In this document: piece after piece, positions 24,225 through 37,435 of the stretch
How positions within the stretch are numbered: position 1 is the stretch's first letter
Layout: every line of letters begins with the position of its first letter
Source: Octopus sinensis
Taxonomy: Eukaryota
Length of the DNA: 42,051 bases
Reading direction: 5' to 3'
Assembly: GCF_006345805.1 (NCBI RefSeq)
Contig: NW_021835197.1
Span: 1-42,051, forward strand
Program-made: the position numbers and the translations under genes
The notes under the pieces: generated by a model
Database searches by the model: none
The model's input: the letters and a program-made list of their open reading frames with translations, nothing else
What the model was told of the DNA's origin: nothing

Positions 24225-24782
24225 CAGGCATTTCTTGAGCAAGACACTTTATTTCATCTTACTCCAGTTCACTCAGCAGTAGAAATGAATAGCGACATCG
24301 CTGGTGCCAAGCTGTAGCAATCTTTGTGGTGTGGAGAATGGAGGCCAGTACGCATGGGCAACTGCTGGTCTTGCCTGGACTTGTGCCTTGGAGGGGAACT
24401 TTCTAAGTACAATCCCACGGTCATTGGTGATCAAAGGGGGTCTTTACCCTTTACCTATAGGAGCACTCCATCGGTTACAATGATGAGGGTCCCAGCTGAT
24501 ATGATCAACGGAACAGCTTGCTCATGAAATTAACATGCAAGTGGCTGAGCACTCCACAGATATGTGCACCCTTAACACTGTTCGCAAGGAGATTCAGTGT
24601 GACACAGAGTGTGACAAGGCCGGCCCTTTTGAAATATAGGTACTACTCAATTTTGCCAGCTGAGTGGACAGGAGCAACGTGAAATAAAGTGTCTTGCTCA
24701 AGGACACAGCGAGTCGCCAGGAATTGAACTCACAACCTTACGATCATGAGCCGAATGCTCTAACCACTAAGCCATGCGCCCT
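24225..24782. mobile_element. Two family C SINEs tail-to-tail
   Basis: Plus copy ~24225-24450, minus copy ~24450-24782; share the TTGAGCAAGACACTTTATTTCA core. Confidence 0.8.
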
Positions 24783-25389
24783 CACATTGACACCCTTTAC
24801 CTGGTATCAATGTAATTGACTAAAAATTGTACTCAACTGCAATCCCCTAAAACTTGCTGGGCTTGTGCCAAAATGCAATCAACTAAAATCCCCTAAAAAT
24901 TGCTTTGTGCCGAAATGAAAAAGAAAATAATAATTAATACAACTCTGTTAGCAAATACTGAGCCTTTGTTTACAATTAAATGCAAATCAGCACTTAAAAA
25001 CTAATTACTTGATTGCAGTAAATCTTACATCTCTACAAGTAATAAATTAATTAGGTTTTCTTTCAGTAGTACATCAATTAATCCTTGACTAGTAATTAAT
25101 TTATTACCACCCCATACACACACACACACACACACACTCGCACTCACACATGCACACACACACACACACATGCACAAACATATGCACACACATTCACATG
25201 CACACAGTCACATGCACACATGCACACACATACATATGCACACATACATGCGCACGTTTCCGATGATCTCACCCTGTACCTCTTATCATGTCCTCATCAA
25301 TCAACTTATGACACAGTTCTACTGTTGTTCTTTCTTCTTTTGTCATCTCACAACCAGTCAGCCTCTCACATTTTCATTCTCCATTGACC

Positions 25390-25712
25390 GCGGAGGCACG
25401 TGGCTTAGTGGTTAGGGTGTCAGATTCATGATCATTTAATTGCGGTTTCGATTCCTGAACTGGGTGATGCGTTGTGACCCCAGTCCATTCATCTGGCAAA
25501 ATGAGTAATCTTGCAACGGGCTGGTGACCTGTCCAGGGGCACTATATGTGCCACAGAAATCAGAAAGCCAGCCCCAGGAATCTATATGACTCAGAAAGGA
25601 TCTTTATCCTATATTTCCTTATTTCTTTATTGCCCACATACAGAGGACAAAACAAGGACAGACGAAAGGATTAAGTCGATTACATCAACCCCAGTGCGTA
25701 ACTGGTGCTTAA
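25390..25712. mobile_element. Family C-like head (+) followed by a family B tail (-)
   Basis: GGAGGCACGTGGCTTAGTGGTTAGGG...GGTTTCGATTCC; then CTATATTTC...CCCCAGTGCGTAACTGGT. Confidence 0.7.
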
Positions 25713-25789
25713 TTAATATATGCATGTGTATGTGTATATATATAGAGAGAGAGAGAGACAGAGAAAGAGAGCAGGAGAGAGAGAAAAAT

Positions 25790-25925
<136 letters not shown>

Positions 25926-26379
25926 TTGTATGTATGAATATTTATATATATATATATATATATATATGAAAAATAGAAGTTGAAAATGCACTGAGAATAG
26001 TTAAAATATTTCTTATTGATATATTGGAAGCTTTAACCAGTTTCACAGTTTACGCTGATTTTCAAAAGTTCAAATACAAAGACATGCTTTTGTTGTAACT
26101 GCCTTACTTCTTGACTAGTGTTTGAAGTCTGCCCTGTTTTTATAGGGAGTTCATGGCTCAAAATAGCATATCTTTTGAATTGGATTTGATTGGTAGGAGA
26201 TGGACACATGTCTAGTCTTAGATATTTTCGTAGGTTCCCTGCTATGTCTGTGTGTTAGTATCAAGTGATACTGTTTGGCATCATAAGTTAAGGCTGACAC
26301 GGTTGACTGAACAAGTCCAAACACTCAATGCTCTGAATGTTTTCTGTCAAGGGTTTGTAGAGAATGAACACACGATTAA

Positions 26380-26704
26380 GATATGCCTTCCTAAAACATT
26401 CAAAGAGCACATTCAAAAGGAGGTAATTTGAGAATAGAGAGGAATCAATGACATACTGAAAGCAGAAGTTTCACAGGGCCAGATATGTTGCAAGGTTCAC
26501 AGACAATAGGTGGACCTGTGCAGTTGTGAAGTTGTATCCATAAGACCAGAAAAAGCCTCCCTGACAATGGGAAGATAATTTAGTCAAGCAGATTGGGTCA
26601 AGATGGGAAAAAATGATGCAATCATGACAAAATTGGAAGTGCATTGTGACCAGCAGTTTATAACAGCATCTGATAGTCTGGATCAATACTGTGATACTGT
26701 GATA
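26380..26704 (+). mobile_element. Degenerate RTE-clade LINE 3' fragment
   Basis: Broken frames EHIQKEVI*E*RGINDI and ARYVARFTDNRWTCAVVKLYP*DQKKPP*QWED fit the RTE C-terminus (WAGHVAR.TDNRWT...W.P...KR..GRP..RW.D). Confidence 0.8.
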
Positions 26705-26714
26705 TATATATATA

Positions 26715-26872
26715 GGATAGTATGGGGTGTGGGTAAGGATATTGCTTACAATCCACATGGTTATGGGTTCAGCTATACTGCATGGCACCTTGGGCAAGTG
26801 TCTTCCACTATAGCCTCAGGCTGACCAAAGCCTTGTGAGGGATTGGTAGATGGAAACTGAAAGAAGCCCGTC
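26715..26872 (+). mobile_element. SINE family A 5' half, diverged
   Basis: GGCACCTTGGGCAAGTGTCTT core. Confidence 0.8.
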
Positions 26873-26952
26873 ATATAATCTATATATATATATAGCCTAT
26901 ATATAATATATATATATATATATATAATATTATATATTATATAATATATCTA

Positions 26953-26986
<34 letters not shown>

Positions 26987-27010
26987 GTATATATTATGTA
27001 TGTATGTATG

Positions 27011-27044
<34 letters not shown>

Positions 27045-27234
27045 TGTACCATTTAACATCTATTCTCCAAACTGGCATTGGTTGGATGGTCCACCAGGAC
27101 TGAGCTACGCTCCAGTGTCTGCACTGGAATTTTCTAAGGGGCTGGATGCCCTTCCTGATTGACCATTAGCCACTATATTGACACACAGTGTATACGCTGC
27201 CTAGATAGACAACTACATTAGTCACTATATTGAC

Positions 27235-27543
27235 CAGTGGTTCTCAGCCAGGGTCTATATTATCCCTTAGGGTCCACATAAGATTTTGGGGGTCCACGCA
27301 AGCAAAAATAGTTCTTTGGACTCACAGTAGCATTTTATGGGTCCATGAAAAACATTTTGCATTCGATGTCTTTATTGCAAGAAACAGTTCCTTGCTCTGA
27401 TGTTTTTTCATAGTTCAGCCTACTCAAGGGGATGCGTGATAAACGAAATAGGAATTTTTTGAAAGACGTGTCTATAAAATTAGCTTTTAAACATCAAATG
27501 GCTACAGGGTGGGGGTTAAAAAATAAATTGTTGTGAACCACTG
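27235..27543. mobile_element. hAT-like MITE
   Basis: TIRs CAGTGGTTCTCA / TGTGAACCACTG; no clear TSD. Confidence 0.65.
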
Positions 27544-28438
27544 TGTACAGACTGTGTCAACCACTGTGTATAGACAACTCCATTAGCAATAACAATCTCT
27601 CCTTAATATTTTCTAGGTTATTCTATTAGCAGGAATTTAAGTTTCTTATTTTGACATAAGAACTGCGTTGCTGTAGTTGTATGTGGTGGTAGTGGCAGTG
27701 ATGGTGGTGGACGATGGCAATAGTGGTACTGGTGCTGCTGCTGCTGTTGCTGCTGTTGTGGTGATGGTGGTGATGATGTGCAATATTGCTCTGTAATGGT
27801 GTAGTGCCAGTGAGACTTTAAACGATCAAAGAATTTATGTAAATCATCAGAAATAATGAAAAAAAAAAAAAAAAACAACCAACAAAATTCTCTCCATATT
27901 TATTTTATCAATATTCCAATATTCGTTGTTATATTCCCAAAGCTGTTAGCTTCTACCATATTCTACAACATTCCCCAATCCTTGTGATATTCCCAAATCT
28001 CGAAGCTTCTACAATGTTCCATAATATTAGCATCCATTCTTTTGAAATTTCAGAAACTCAATTAAAACCATTCCTCATCAATTAACTACTAAATCTTGTA
28101 ACCATTCCACAACCACCACAGCCTGGAGGTGCCTAACCTTTGATGTCTGTAAGAAAACTGACAAAATTTTCTTCAACCAAATATTTGCGTAAACATTATT
28201 TTGACATTAGATGTTGGTGATTCATCATTTTCCCATCATTGATTCCCGTCATTATGTATTCAGTTAGCAGCCATTCAGCATCCTTCGTCGTTTCATAAAT
28301 TTCTATTTGAATAACTGACAAGAATGGTCTCTGTCTCACATGACTGACAAAATTGAAGCACTACATGTTTTCCTGTCAACTTGTATCAGACATTTCTGCC
28401 TGTTAAGGGTCACAAACATCCTCATTTTGATTAAAATA

Positions 28439-28831
28439 CTAGCAGCATCGCCCGGCATTGCTCGGGCTTGTTTCGACCCTTTAGAATTGGAATTTTTGAA
28501 AAGTAAAAATTTTGCATTATGTAGCTTGTTATTCTCTTTAAGAGAACATTTTTCTGGTTCAAATACACCGATAAATGGCAACACAGCAGTAAAAAAAAAA
28601 CGTAAAAAATAGGGATTTTCATAGAAAAAAAGCACCTTTTTGATGTAAATAATTTTGGTCTTAACAAGGTCCGATTTGAATTTTATCTTCTACAGAATGA
28701 AGAGCAAGCCTTCTTCTATCATACTCTCAATTTTGGTCAACTTGTGCCACAGGGTCTCGGAGGAGATAGTGTTAGATGTAGGCTACCAAACCTGCCACAC
28801 ACAGACAACTTCAGCTTTATATATATATAGA
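28439..28831 (-). mobile_element. Non-autonomous Helitron
   Basis: Minus strand A|TCTATATATAT...GCCCGAGCAATGCCGGGC hairpin ending 11 nt before the CTAG|T terminus. Confidence 0.85.
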
Positions 28832-28879
28832 TAAAAAAACATGTTTTTTGGAATAGTAGATTGCAAAGTGCATAAAGCT

Positions 28880-29082
28880 AGCACAAGGCCAGCAAGATCA
28901 GGTGAGGGTGTAAGATGATTACATCGACCCCAGTGCTCAACTGATACTTATTTTATCGACCCCCAAAAGGATGAAAGGCAAAGTCAATCTCAGCAGAATT
29001 TGAATTCAGAATGTAAAGACAGATTAAATGCCTCTAAGCATTCTTGCCCACCAGACAAAAAATTCTGCCAGCTTGCTGCCTC
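28880..29082 (-). mobile_element. SINE family B
   Basis: ATCGACCCCCAAAAGGATGAAAGGCAAAGTC core. Confidence 0.8.
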
Positions 29083-29299
29083 ACATTAGGCTATAAATAA
29101 AGATATGTAAATACTGGGCTGGAAATCCCTTTTTGGATAGAAAATCTGAAGGATATCTTAAAAGCTTTCTCAACCCAATATTTACATACTGCTATTTGTA
29201 GCTTTATGTACTCCAAATCCACTGCTCCAAATAAAGAATTATTTCATGCTCTCTTGAAAATTTGTAAATTCTTATAGGATCAATGAATAGATAGATAGG

Positions 29300-29371
<72 letters not shown>

Positions 29372-29420
29372 TAGACAGCTAGATAGACAAATAGATTGGT
29401 AGATATGTGTATGTGTTTGG

Positions 29421-29743
29421 GTGACCTTCGAAACGTGAGTAGATGAAATTAAGGCAACTGAAGAAGGGGAATTTTCCTTCTGTGATTTGTCCTGTACTCT
29501 ATTTTTTCGTTGTTTTAAAAAAATGTCCATTTCCTTGGTTTTGTGTTTATGTTTTGCGATTTTTTTTTTCCTCCGTCTTCCCTTCTCTGGATCTTTCCTT
29601 TTCCTATGTTTCTGACAAAGAGCTCTGCTTGAAATGTCAAACCCTCCTTCTTCCCTTCCTTCCTGAGCGTCAATAATAATACTATATTTGTTCCACATCC
29701 TCGCGTTGTTGTGTCTCTTTGTGTTTTCATGTTTGGATTAACT
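29421..29743 (+). mobile_element. Composite: second-type repeat (29421-29555) fused to hammerhead-motif element copy 4 (29556-29743)
   Basis: First part homologous to 2540-2719, second to 8408-8614; motif at 29608-29642 ends GAA-ATGT-C-AAAC. Confidence 0.75.
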
Positions 29744-29872
29744 ATATATATATTTATATTATGTATATGTATATATATATTTTATATAATGCATATATAT
29801 ATATATATATATATACATTTTATATTACATATTATATATGCATTGAATATATGTATGTATATGTGTGTGTGA

Positions 29873-29917
<45 letters not shown>

Positions 29918-30514
29918 ATGGGTGGTATCGACAACAAGCCATAAATCCTAAGTTGTAACAGACAACTTTAAACTTAAAATCAGTTTATGAATTTTCCTCA
30001 ACACATTTTCTCCAAGAATTCGCTTCTCGATTAAATATAGTAACAGACAGACATTACCATAATATCAGAAGCAATGGAGGGACATTCCCATCATTTATTA
30101 GAAATTGTTGATTTATTACTCCAAAAAGAATATAGATTCTTTCATTGCTTTTCATATTCCTGAAATTTCAATTAAATTCCTTTTTATTCTCATAACTGAA
30201 GTCTCATACCATCTGCAATCTTCCATTTCTCGTTTATTTCTTCTTTATTTCCAAAGTGTTTTACTTTTAGAATCTTCCACACCATTTATTTTTTTTTCTC
30301 TTCTTGCTTTTATATTTATATATCTTGTAGTAGCCTCAAGAACATGATTGCTGTCTTTTGTGTGTGTGTGTGTCCTTATTTATATATATATATACATACA
30401 TAGATGGTTATAGATACACACACATATATCTACATACTTATACATACACATATATATGCACATATTTATACATATTTATATATATATATATATGCACATA
30501 TTTATACATATTTG

Positions 30515-30550
<36 letters not shown>

Positions 30551-31756
30551 ATATATACATATATATGTACATATTTATACATACATAGTTATGCATAAAT
30601 GCATATATATATATATATAAGAATTTTTTGCGTAGTGAGATAAAAAAAACCAAGGCTGAGTAGATATTAGAACATTTATAGATAGAACATTTATATATAT
30701 ATATATAATATATATATGTATATATATGTATATGTATATATATATATATTATATATATATATATATATATATGTGTATGTGTGTGGCGTGTGTGTGTGTG
30801 TATGTATGTATATGTATATTATATATATGTATATATGTATATATGTGTATATGTATATATATATATATGTACATATTTATACTACATATATATGTACATA
30901 TATTTATACATACATATATATGCACATACGTGCATGCATATATATATATATGTATGTATGTATTTATACATACACACATATACATTTAGATATTTTACAC
31001 ACACACATGCACACAAACACACACACACACACATAGAAACACATTCACACTTGCTTTATTTTTATCTCCAAACATTCTAGCTTTCTAGAAACATCCATGT
31101 TATTACACGCAATTTTTTTTTTTTTTTAAATATTTTATTTCTCCATTTTTTATTATTTTTTTTTTTTATCTCCAATAATTTCAAAAGCTCAATTAAATCC
31201 GTCGATTTAGTTTTCTCTCCCCGCCATAAAAATGTTATATGCTCAGCAACCACCTTCGCTATTTTTTCATATTTCTAAACCTCGGTCAAACCAGTTTTCA
31301 CATTGTGTAAAGAGCACAGCATGAACAAGGTTATTTTTCGGTGAAATTCCATTAGAATTCCTGCCGTTATCCTAATTTTGATGCTGCAAATAAAAATATA
31401 GTCAACACTCTTGAATTTTTTTCATATTTTTTTTTATTGTATTTTTGTAATTTTTTTCATATTTTTTTTGTATTGTATTTTTGTAATTTTTTAAATATTT
31501 TTTTATCAATAATTACCAGTTTTCTCATCTTTTTGAAGTCAGATTTCTTTACGAATTTTAAGGAGGGGGATGTCATTTTTTTTTTTTTTTTATAATTTCC
31601 TATTTGTTCCTCTTTCTCTTTCTCTTCTTCATCATCAATGACCCTTTTTGCTGCTTTTCAGTTTTATTTCTTTGTATCTAATTCAACAGCTTGGATATTA
31701 GTTCTGTTTAAATTTACATTGACATCATCAACATCATCAATAACAACAACAATAAC

Positions 31757-31788
<32 letters not shown>

Positions 31789-32039
31789 TATCAAGCGCTG
31801 TACTGCTATATCAAAATAAACCGCATCAACATCAATAACAATAACAATAATGTAAACAACAACATAACAGCATCTCTAATAATAGTTTCTTTAGGCTAAT
31901 GACTTTATAATCAATTACTTATGACCTCAGTAAATCACTGGTATCAACCACAAGTTGTAAAATTAATCATGGTGTAATCTGAACTTAAGACAATAAGATA
32001 CAAAACTATGGCTGCCGTCTGCCACAGTTTGTTCCATCA

Positions 32040-32416
32040 TAATAATAATGGTTTCAAATTTTGGCACCAGGCCAGAAATTTAAGGGGAAGAGGAAAGTCA
32101 ATTATATTGACCCCAGAGCACAACTGGTATTTATTTTATCGACCCTGAAAGAATGAAAGGGGAAGTTGACCTTGGTGGAATTTGAACTCAGAATGTAAAG
32201 ACAGGCAAAATGTTGCTCAGCATTTTGTCCAGCAAGCTAATGATTCTGCCAGCTCTCAGCCTTAATTATAATAATAATCCTTTCTGCTATCAGCACAAAG
32301 CCTAAAATATTGGAGAAGTGAGGGATTGGGGTGGGGGGGGGCTAGTCAATTACATCAACCCTGGTGTTTGACTGGTACTTAATTTATCGAACCTTGAAAG
32401 GATGAAAGGTAAAGTG
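32040..32416 (-). mobile_element. Two family B SINE copies in tandem
   Basis: TTTATCGA...GAAAG(A/G)ATGAAAGG core occurs twice. Confidence 0.75.
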
Positions 32417-32935
32417 TCTAATAATAATAATAATAAAATAATAATAATAATAATAATAAATAATTAAAGAAAATTACAAAGAAACATTAAATAGGTATCT
32501 GTGGGTAGACAAATACAACAAAGACAAAAGGAAGAGGGTAGAAGTTATTATGCAAAATATGTAAACGAATGACTTAAAAATTTATGAAATTTGCATGAAA
32601 TAAACAGAAAAAGAGTGATGGAACACACAATAATTAAAACTGGATAATTAAAATTTGTGTTAATCACCATGTTCCTTGGTTAAGCTTCTGTTGTACTTCC
32701 TTCATAAATTGTTCATAGCTTGGGATTTCTGTATATTTTCTGTTAAGGGCTCTTTTATTTTAATGGGTATGTGAAGGCTCACATACTCTGGATCGTTAAA
32801 ATATAATGCTTCGTCAAGTCTCTCTGAACTTTCTACTAGTATTCAGTCCATTTAGTAGTGTTTAAAATCTGGCCCCATTTCCTTCTCAGTCCACACTTTT
32901 CCTGGAAATTTCTTATGATTATATGTGTATGTATT

Positions 32936-33346
32936 TTTCTCTTTCTCTTCTACTTGTTTCAGTCATTTGACTGCGGCCATGCTGGAGCACCGCCTTTAGT
33001 CGAGCAAATCGACCCCGGGACTTATTCTTTGTAAGCCTAGTACTTATTCTATTGGTCTCTTTTGCTGAACTGCTAAGTTATGGGGACATAACACACCAGC
33101 ATTGGTTGTCGAGCAATGCTAGGGGGACAAACACAGACACACAAACACACACACATACATATGTATATATATATACATATATACGACAGGCTTCTTTCAG
33201 TTTCCATCTACCAAATCCACTCACAAGGCATTGGTCGGCCCGGGGCTATAGCAGAAGACACTTGCCCAAGATGCCACGCAGGGGGACTGAACCCAGAACC
33301 ATGTGGTTGGTTAGCAAGCTACTTACCACACAGCCACTCCTGCGCC
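32936..33346 (-). mobile_element. SINE family A, full length
   Basis: Reverse complement of the 13138-13530 architecture. Confidence 0.92.
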
Positions 33347-33636
33347 AATGTATATACCGTAAAAACCCACGCAATTTGCACACCTGTGTAATTTACGCAG
33401 GTGATTTTCAGGATAAAAATTGTTAAAAATGCTTCTACTCGTGTAAAATTCACACCCAAATGTTTTCAGAACTGCCGATATGGCCAGGGGAGTTGTATTT
33501 AGCATAATTTCACTTACTTATGATTAGATTTTATCAAATTTTCATTAATTAAAAATTATTTCTATTTAACGGGTATCACATTAAAAGCCATTAAATTACA
33601 AAGTGTTTGTGTTGTTTTAATAAACTTTATTTTACA

Positions 33637-34036
33637 CTAGCAGTATTGCCCGGCGTTGCTTGGGTTTGTAAGGAAAATAACTATATAAGCATTTTTAGAG
33701 AGTTATAGCCAAAAAAAAGCAAAAAAATGCATTAAAAATGGAAAAAAAATTATGGTAAATTTTTTTTTTAAATCGTTGACTCATCGTAGACATTTTTAGA
33801 GAGTTACTTCCCTTATATAATAGCGAAAAAAATGCATTAAAATGGAAAAAAATTATGGTAAATTTGTTTTAAAATCGTAGACTCATCGTAGACGCGCACT
33901 AATACCCAGAAGGGCTCGATATGAATCCCGACTATAAGATACCCGGTTTTGGTTAAACTGCACCGCAAAATGTGGGAGTAGTTAGGAATCTAAATCGTAG
34001 GAGACAGACACACAACTTGACTTTTATATATAAAGA
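33637..34036 (-). mobile_element. Non-autonomous Helitron with an internal ~100-bp duplication
   Basis: A|TC...CTAG|T termini and a subterminal GC hairpin like 28439-28831; CATTTTTAGAGAGTTA...GACTCATCGTAGAC occurs twice. Confidence 0.85.
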
Positions 34037-34198
34037 TTTCTTGCCCACAAGAGATTATGCCTGATCTTTAGAATACTGCTGTATGTCTTCTCAAATCATG
34101 ATCACAGGAAAAGTTGTTGATAAGAATCATCAGCAAAAACAAAGCTGATAAATACGCACAGGTGTTACAAATTAAGTTTAATTATCAATAAACATCAG

Positions 34199-34308
34199 CT
34201 TGGATGACACTTTACTCCACCAAGTAAAATATATAAAACATGGCCCAGACTGTGATTACCAGCATGAACGTTACTCTTCAAAAAGTAGTTACCCATTTAA
34301 TGGTTTTA
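34199..34308 (+). CDS. Weak candidate 110-bp exon
   Basis: CATCAG acceptor with a poor pyrimidine tract, A|GTAAGT donor, frame LDDTLLHQVKYIKHGPDCDYQHERYSSKSSYPFNGF. Confidence 0.22.
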
Positions 34309-34615
34309 GTAAGTTTATACACAAGAAGTAAGCACTATACTGTCCAGCATAAGTAGAAGTCAACTTCATTATATTTAAGCCCTTATTTTTTCTGTAAAAT
34401 CCTATTCTGAGATTAAATGAGTCAACTTCCAGTACAAATGTTTACGTTCTGTATGTCTTTTTCCAACCAAAAAACATTTTTTTTTAAATTCTGGAAACGA
34501 TTTACTCATGTTATTTACACACCCCTATTGTCTATTTTTTATTTTTGTGAAAAAAAAATGTGTAAATTACATGAGTTTTTATGGTATAATGTGTGCATGT
34601 GTATATATCTATCAT

Positions 34616-34684
<69 letters not shown>

Positions 34685-34726
34685 AATATATATATAGTAT
34701 ATATATATATATATATATATTACGTT

Positions 34727-34759
<33 letters not shown>

Positions 34760-35287
34760 TTATGTTTATATATATATTTTTTTGGTACTTTTCCTTGTTT
34801 TTTTGGGGGGGTTGTATTGTTTTTAAGTAATCAGCTTGCCTCCAACAGACTCCATCTGGTCAGCTTCCTTGTAAGTGGATGGAGCAAAACCACTATGAAG
34901 AGATACTTCCTGGTTATTTAACTCTAGTTTTATAGTTGTTGTTGCTGTGGCGACTCTCATCTTTACCATTTTTGTCTGGAATTTCTTGGGTCCCATGGCC
35001 CATTCCTGATAATGACTGAGGGGTCAACCCTATTCACTGACTTATGAGTTGTTTCTGATGTCACTTCAGGACTTATAATCTCCATAATTTGCTCTCGTTG
35101 TTACTTTAGCTCTTATAAGCTGTCTACGCAGGAGATCTTTAAATGAGTTTTGCTTCCACCTGCATAGCAGCTAGGCTATCTACTTTGAATGTTGAGGTTT
35201 AAGTTTCTGCTCTCAACACCCAGATGCCAGGCATACCATTTTAGTCTTTCCTTGACCAACAACTGCTTATGTGTATGTGTGTACTTA

Positions 35288-35602
35288 TCACCGTGATCAC
35301 CGTGACCGACCAGGCTATCAGATGTTGCTACACGTCGCTGGTCACAATGCGCTTTGCATTGTTTTTTTTTAGCCTTTAAATGACGCCACCCCACTGGCTA
35401 AGCGGGCTGGCCAACAGAAGAAAGAGTGAGAGAAAGTTGTGGTGAAAGAGTACAGCAGGGATCACCACCATCTCCTGCCGGAGCCTTGTGAAGCTTTAGG
35501 TGTTTTCTCTCAATAAACACTCACAACGCCTGGTCTGGGAATCGAAACCGCGATCCTACATCCACGAGTCCGCTGCCCTAACCACTGGGCTATTGTGCCT
35601 CC
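35288..35602 (-). mobile_element. SINE family D, full length
   Basis: tRNA-like head GGAGGCACAATAGCCCAGTGGTTAGGGCAGCGGAC...GGTTTCGATTCCC; tail CACGGTGAT repeats; ATAAGT on both flanks. Confidence 0.92.
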
Positions 35603-36708
35603 ACTTATATTGGGTGTATATTTACATTTTCCTATATATATTTGTAGATTTAGTTGTACTTACTTGCACTTGCAACAGCATTCACTCATGGTGGGTTGTG
35701 CTGACTCTGACCAATGAGTCCCCCACATCCCTCACAAATGCTGACCACATCCTCAGTCATTTGTTGAGGTGTAGGGTCCATGTTCAGGGTTTCAGTAGGA
35801 ATACAAATTCACATGTGGTACCTGGTCACATGCATAAACACTTTGGGATAATGTGATCCCTAACAACTCATCTTGCCATTGATCATTGACCATTGATGAG
35901 AATTTGTAGACCAAATCACCACCAATTATCAGAACTGATGTTGCCTGGGTTTGAGGCAGATTTTAGGGACATTGCTTTAACAAAAACTAAGGGGTACCTC
36001 ACTCCCAGAGGTCTTTCAGCACACCAAACGCCAACCAAGAACTTCTGAGGGCCCATGTTATCGCTAGATAGTTGTTGAACTTAAACCAGCACCCCAACGA
36101 GGGCTTGCCTGGTGAGGAGAATTATTACAAACCCAACAGGAAGGAATTTGTATATGGGGAAGTGTTTACCTTGTTTAGATTGGCATTCTTTACAGAAAAT
36201 ATTTTCTATGAGCCATGGTTTTGTTTTTGTTATCACTTTTGTCAGAAAATCAACCACTTGCTTTGCATCATCAAAGATGTGAGAAATAAGAGATCGTTTA
36301 CTTGAAAGACAGATGAGGGTTAGTGACAGGAAGGGCATCTGAGTGTAAAACAATGCCTCAATATTAACCATTTCTAACCCATGCTAACATGGAAAAACAG
36401 GTACAAACATGTAGGTATTTGTGTAAGTGTGATATAAGGTATGACACGACCAGCCTTTAGAACTGTGTGTGTTTGTTTATGGTTCTGAAGAAGCATCTTG
36501 AAGGGAAATTGGATTATTTTACAAAACATCTTGTTTTCTCCATCGATATCCTCAACGGAATATACACAGGGAAAAATCCAAATTGTAGAGATAAGCACAT
36601 GTTTTTATTCAACATGAAAATTTGTATAAATATACATTATATATATACATAAATAGACACACACATATATATACATACATGTACATATGTATACATATAT
36701 ATATTTAA

Positions 36709-36743
<35 letters not shown>

Positions 36744-36763
36744 ATATATAATTTATATATATA

Positions 36764-36804
<41 letters not shown>

Positions 36805-37014
36805 AATATATATATATATATAATATTACATATATATATATATATATCTATATAATATATATATATATATATATACTAAAATTATATATACATATGTATA
36901 TTTATATTATATATAAATATATATACAATTTATATATATGTATATATCTCTCCTCTCTTTCCTCTCTCTCTCTCTATTATATATATATTGTGTGTGTGTG
37001 TGTATATGTATATG

Positions 37015-37046
<32 letters not shown>

Positions 37047-37404
37047 TGTATGTATGTATGCATGTATGTATGAATGCATGTATGTACATGTGTATACATG
37101 CATGCAGAAATATATCTCAGGGAATTCATTTGTAAACAATAACAACAAAACAAGAATGAAAATAAACAAAAACAAAATTAATTTAAAAAATAGATTAAAA
37201 ATTAATAATTTATATACTTTTTATGGGTTTTTTTTGTCTTTTCAATTTAAGTTGTTTTTTTTTTAATTTGGAAATTAATTCAATCTAATTCTAATTTATC
37301 GATAATATTAATCCTTGTTATTATCTTCATCACCACCACCACCACCACCACCAACGACCAGTGCCACTGCCACTACAGCCACCACCACCACTGCCACCAC
37401 TGCC

Positions 37405-37435
<31 letters not shown>

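Noticed and set aside
26234-26422. 63-codon AG...GT-bounded ORF as a host exon
   Set aside because: Its 3' end (EHIQKEVI) is in frame with the degenerate RTE ORF, so it is better explained as LINE-derived.
28340-28430. Possible RTE RT fragment (EALHVFLSTCIRHF...RVTN)
   Set aside because: Weak resemblance over ~25 residues, cut by the Helitron; not enough to call.
36374-36598. YSVEDIDGENKMFC resembling a MYST acetyltransferase motif
   Set aside because: Only superficial similarity; no convincing splice sites or downstream conserved residues.
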